Below are positions 61,864 to 64,000 of a stretch of DNA of 64,000 nt, piece by piece. Every line of letters begins with the position of its first letter. Position 1 is the first letter of the stretch. The DNA is taken from positions 211,341 to 275,340 of the forward strand of contig NZ_DAIOXM010000002.1 in the NCBI RefSeq assembly GCF_036758025.1, written 5' to 3'. Position numbers and translations under genes: made by a program. Below the pieces are notes generated by a model that ran no database searches, was not told where the DNA came from, and saw only the letters and a list, made by a program, of their open reading frames with translations. This DNA is from Lacrimispora sp. GTDB lineage: Bacteria; Bacillota; Clostridia; Lachnospirales; Lachnospiraceae.

Positions 61864-62033
61864 TGGCTGCACTTTTTACAGCCGCTGGCTTCAATTAGTA
61901 CAACCAAATATTCATTTTGGCTATAGAAGCTGTAGCCAACAGTTCTAATCCTCGAAATTTTCATTCCATTAATAAATATTTGGGCTACAATTGGTATAGC
62001 CATTTTCCTCATTGGCTAAAGAAAGTGTAGCCA
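61864..62033. repeat. Array of four 6-N9-6 palindromes (TGGCTA-N9-TAGCCA)
   Basis: TGGCTG-N9-CAGCCG (61864-61884), TGGCTA-N9-TAGCCA (61918-61938), GGGCTA-N9-TAGCCA (61982-62002), TGGCTA-N9-TAGCCA (62013-62033), plus an extra half-site at 61886-61890. Confidence 0.85.
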
Positions 62034-62194
62034 TATGAAATATATAAGGGGGTTCAGGGGATTTTTTTCCCTGACAAAATGCAATATACCACTCTTGGAT
62101 ATATCTACAATCCCCTGACCAAAAAAGAAACATTTGACTTCATATCAAAGGCTTTGTAAGCTGTCTACAACTGTCTACAGGCTGACAGACACAC

Positions 62195-62233
62195 AAAAAT
62201 AGCGGAAACCCTAATAAAACCTAGGTTTCCGCT
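62195..62233 (-). terminator. Rho-independent terminator downstream of tRNA-Gly
   Basis: Perfect 10-bp stem AGCGGAAACC / GGTTTCCGCT with a 13-nt loop, followed by AUUUUUGUG on the minus strand. Confidence 0.7.
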
Positions 62234-62245
62234 ACCAATAAAAAG

Positions 62246-62318
62246 AGCGCGAGACGGGACTCGAACCCGCGACCCCGACCTTGGCAAGGTCGTACTCCAC
62301 CAACTGAGCCACTCGCGC
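62246..62318 (-). tRNA. tRNA-Gly (anticodon GCC)
   Basis: Reverse complement folds as a cloverleaf: GCGCGAG-TG-GCTC-AGTTGGTG-GAGT-A-CGACC-TTGCCAA-GGTCG-GGGTC-GCGGG-TTCGAGT-CCCGT-CTCGCGC-T. Discriminator U. CCA is not encoded. Confidence 0.92.
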
Positions 62319-62358
62319 ATAATCAATATTACGTTTTCTCATTTCTGAGAACACGGAA

Positions 62359-62387
62359 ATTATAGCATATGTTTTTAAAAAATGCAA
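62359..62387 (-). promoter_or_regulatory. Sigma-A promoter for tRNA-Gly
   Basis: Minus strand reads TTGCAT, a 17-nt spacer, then TATAAT, about 40 nt upstream of the mature tRNA 5' end. Confidence 0.55.
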
Positions 62388-62391
62388 GAGG

Positions 62392-62541
62392 TTTTTAAAA
62401 ATTTTCACCCACTTTCTCCTCCCCTATTTCCTAATTCCATTCTCTATTTCAATCCTTCACCACAACCTTATCCATCCTCTTATTCTCCCCAATCCCCCTC
62501 CTCAATCTTTATTATTTTACCTTTTTTCCTACATTTAAAAT
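62392..62541 (+). other. 150-nt G-free (C/T/A only) tract between divergent promoters
   Basis: Direct inspection finds no G on the plus strand from 62392 to 62541, and only three G from 62392 to 62590. Confidence 0.95.
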
Positions 62542-62600
62542 GTATTTCCCCCACAATACAAGGCCCTCACCTAACATTCTCAACTCTTTCGGTTTATGGT

Positions 62601-62629
62601 TTGACACCCCCTCCCCCCTTCCGTATAAT
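62601..62629 (+). promoter_or_regulatory. Consensus sigma-A promoter for the downstream ABC transporter operon
   Basis: TTGACA, a 17-nt C-rich spacer, then TATAAT (both hexamers exact), 45 nt upstream of the ATG at 62674. Confidence 0.6.
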
Positions 62630-62673
62630 ACAAAGATATTTCAGCAAGGCATTTGAAAAGATGGGAGAAATTA

Positions 62674-64000
62674 ATGAAAGAACTGCTTAAAATGGAACAC
62701 ATTACGAAGTGCTTTGGCGATATGTATGCAAACCGGAATATCAATCTTTCGGTACTGGAAGGGGAAGTACACACCCTTTTAGGGGAAAATGGAGCCGGAA
62801 AAAGCACCCTGATGAACATTCTCATCGGCTTATACCAACCCACAAGCGGACAGATCTTTCTTCGGGGAGAAAATGTCAGAATTGAATCTCCTAAAAGTGC
62901 TGTCCGCCTGGGAATCGGCATGGTCCATCAGCATTTCATGCTGGTAGAGGCCATGACTGTCTTTGAAAACATCATCCTGGGCCTTAAGAAGGATTCTTCT
63001 GTTTTTATAAAAAAGGAACAGCTAAAAAAAGAAATCCTTGATCTTTCCCAAAAATACGGCCTGGATGTGGAGCTGGACAGGCTGATTACGGACATTTCCG
63101 TAGGGGCTCAGCAAAGGGTTGAAATCTTAAAAGCCTTATACCGCGGAGCGGAGCTTCTCATATTAGACGAACCCACCGCTGCCCTGACTGACCAGGAGAC
63201 AGAAGGACTGTTTGCTATCATCCGCAAACTGACAGGGGAAAACAAATCCGTCATCTTCATTTCCCACAAAATGCGGGAAGTCCTTGCCATCAGTGACCGC
63301 ATCACCATTTTGCGGGCAGGGGAAACCGTTGCCACCTTGGATAAGGACAAAACAGACGGCTCAGAGCTTGCCAGCCTGATGATCGGCAGGGAAATGGCTC
63401 CCAGCCAATACAAAAAGGTCACCTCACCGGGAGAAGAGGTTCTTCGCCTGGAACATGCTGACTATCAGAAGGAACACAGGCACAGCGGCTTAAATGACGT
63501 AAGCCTTACAGTTGGAAAGGGAGAAATCCTGGGAATCGCAGGAGTGGATGGAAACGGCCAGTCCCAGCTTGCACAGCTTGCCTCCGGAGTCATTTCCCCG
63601 GACAGCGGAACCCTGTCCCTAAAGACCAACCGTATATCCCGTTTTGCCCCAAACGGCTTCATCCTTTCCCACGTTTCCCATGTGCCGGAGGACCGGAACA
63701 AGATGGGACTTATCGGAAATATGACTGTCCGGGAAAATCTGGTCTTAAAATCTACGGAAGAAAAGAGATTTTCTTACGGCAGAGGCGCTCTCTTAAAGAG
63801 AAAGGCCATCACTGCCTTTGCCCTGGACATGCAGGAGAAAAATGATATCCGCTGTTCTTCCATTGATCAGGAAGTCCGCAACTTATCAGGAGGAAACCAG
63901 CAGAAAATCATCCTTGCAAGGGAAATGGAAAGTAAGCCGGATCTTTTGATAGCAGTCCATCCCACCAGAGGATTGGACATGGGAGCCGCCCGGTACATTC
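62674..64000 (+). CDS. Two-domain ABC transporter ATP-binding protein (sugar/nucleoside type), 3' partial
   Basis: Not in the ORF track because it runs off the window. The frame is open from the ATG (GGGAGAA RBS). GENGAGKST Walker A, ILDEPTAAL Walker B, and in the second domain GVDGNGQS and LSGGNQQK. Confidence 0.88.
   Translation, partial: MKELLKMEHITKCFGDMYANRNINLSVLEGEVHTLLGENGAGKSTLMNILIGLYQPTSGQIFLRGENVRIESPKSAVRLGIGMVHQHFMLVEAMTVFENIILGLKKDSSVFIKKEQLKKEILDLSQKYGLDVELDRLITDISVGAQQRVEILKALYRGAELLILDEPTAALTDQETEGLFAIIRKLTGENKSVIFISHKMREVLAISDRITILRAGETVATLDKDKTDGSELASLMIGREMAPSQYKKVTSPGEEVLRLEHADYQKEHRHSGLNDVSLTVGKGEILGIAGVDGNGQSQLAQLASGVISPDSGTLSLKTNRISRFAPNGFILSHVSHVPEDRNKMGLIGNMTVRENLVLKSTEEKRFSYGRGALLKRKAITAFALDMQEKNDIRCSSIDQEVRNLSGGNQQKIILAREMESKPDLLIAVHPTRGLDMGAARYI

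Noticed and set aside
57020-62245. An intact integrative element (integrase plus att sites derived from tRNA-Gly).
   Set aside because: No integrase or recombinase-like ORF is present, and I could not find a second copy of the tRNA 3' segment. Only an unrelated 18-bp direct repeat was found, so the region is reported as an eroded islet.
62382-62690. 102-aa Pro/Ser-rich ORF on the plus strand.
   Set aside because: It is open only because the G-free tract cannot form TAG/TGA/most stops in that frame. It runs through a consensus promoter and the RBS of the ABC gene, and its product is low-complexity.
62580-63701. Minus-strand ORFs 62580..62921, 63108..63422 and 63465..63701.
   Set aside because: They lie antisense to a clearly recognisable ABC ATPase coding frame (Walker A/B and signature motifs on the plus strand).

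Overview
This looks like a chromosomal segment from a Firmicutes/Clostridia genome, probably Lachnospiraceae-like. The evidence for that placement is GGAGG-type ribosome-binding sites, TAATG/ATGA translational coupling between genes, and the gene content. Nearly all genes are on the minus strand.

Layout, left to right:
- 0.8-2.6 kb: a collagen-like BclB-type exosporium gene.
- 2.8-11.4 kb: a sugar ABC importer, then galE, an N-acetylhexosamine 1-kinase and a nucleotidyltransferase, flanked by two paralogous AraC regulators.
- 11.4-19.7 kb: murA, an 825-aa membrane-anchored protein, a Pro-rich repeat protein, a second nucleotidyltransferase, a MATE pump and an aldose epimerase.
- 19.8-27.1 kb: a complete F1Fo atp operon. 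Its c subunit carries the full Na+-binding signature.
- 27.2-29.5 kb: a TPR/DUF4037/DUF4125-like fusion protein.
- 29.6-48.3 kb: a large glycyl-radical-enzyme microcompartment locus of the choline-TMA-lyase (cutC/cutD, GRM1) type. It has nine shell genes, two aldehyde dehydrogenase paralogs (one lacking the catalytic Cys), pduL, an alcohol dehydrogenase, eutJ/Q/P-like genes, an embedded DMT permease, a MerR/GyrI regulator, thioredoxin and pduS/pduT.
- 48.7-57.0 kb: a nitroreductase/PPC/M20/MetNIQ-like/DapA-like operon and a chemoreceptor.
- 57.0-62.2 kb: a visibly AT-rich islet abutting tRNA-Gly(GCC). It holds an intact membrane-anchored KAP P-loop NTPase among gene fragments.
- 62.7 kb to the window end: a partial two-domain ABC ATPase.

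The microcompartment locus belongs to a known class. The least explained signals are:
- the Cys-less aldehyde dehydrogenase;
- twin MerR-type promoters with 20-bp spacers;
- an array of TGGCTA-N9-TAGCCA palindromes;
- a 150-nt stretch with no G;
- the KAP islet.

All functional calls come from motif recognition by eye. No searches were run.
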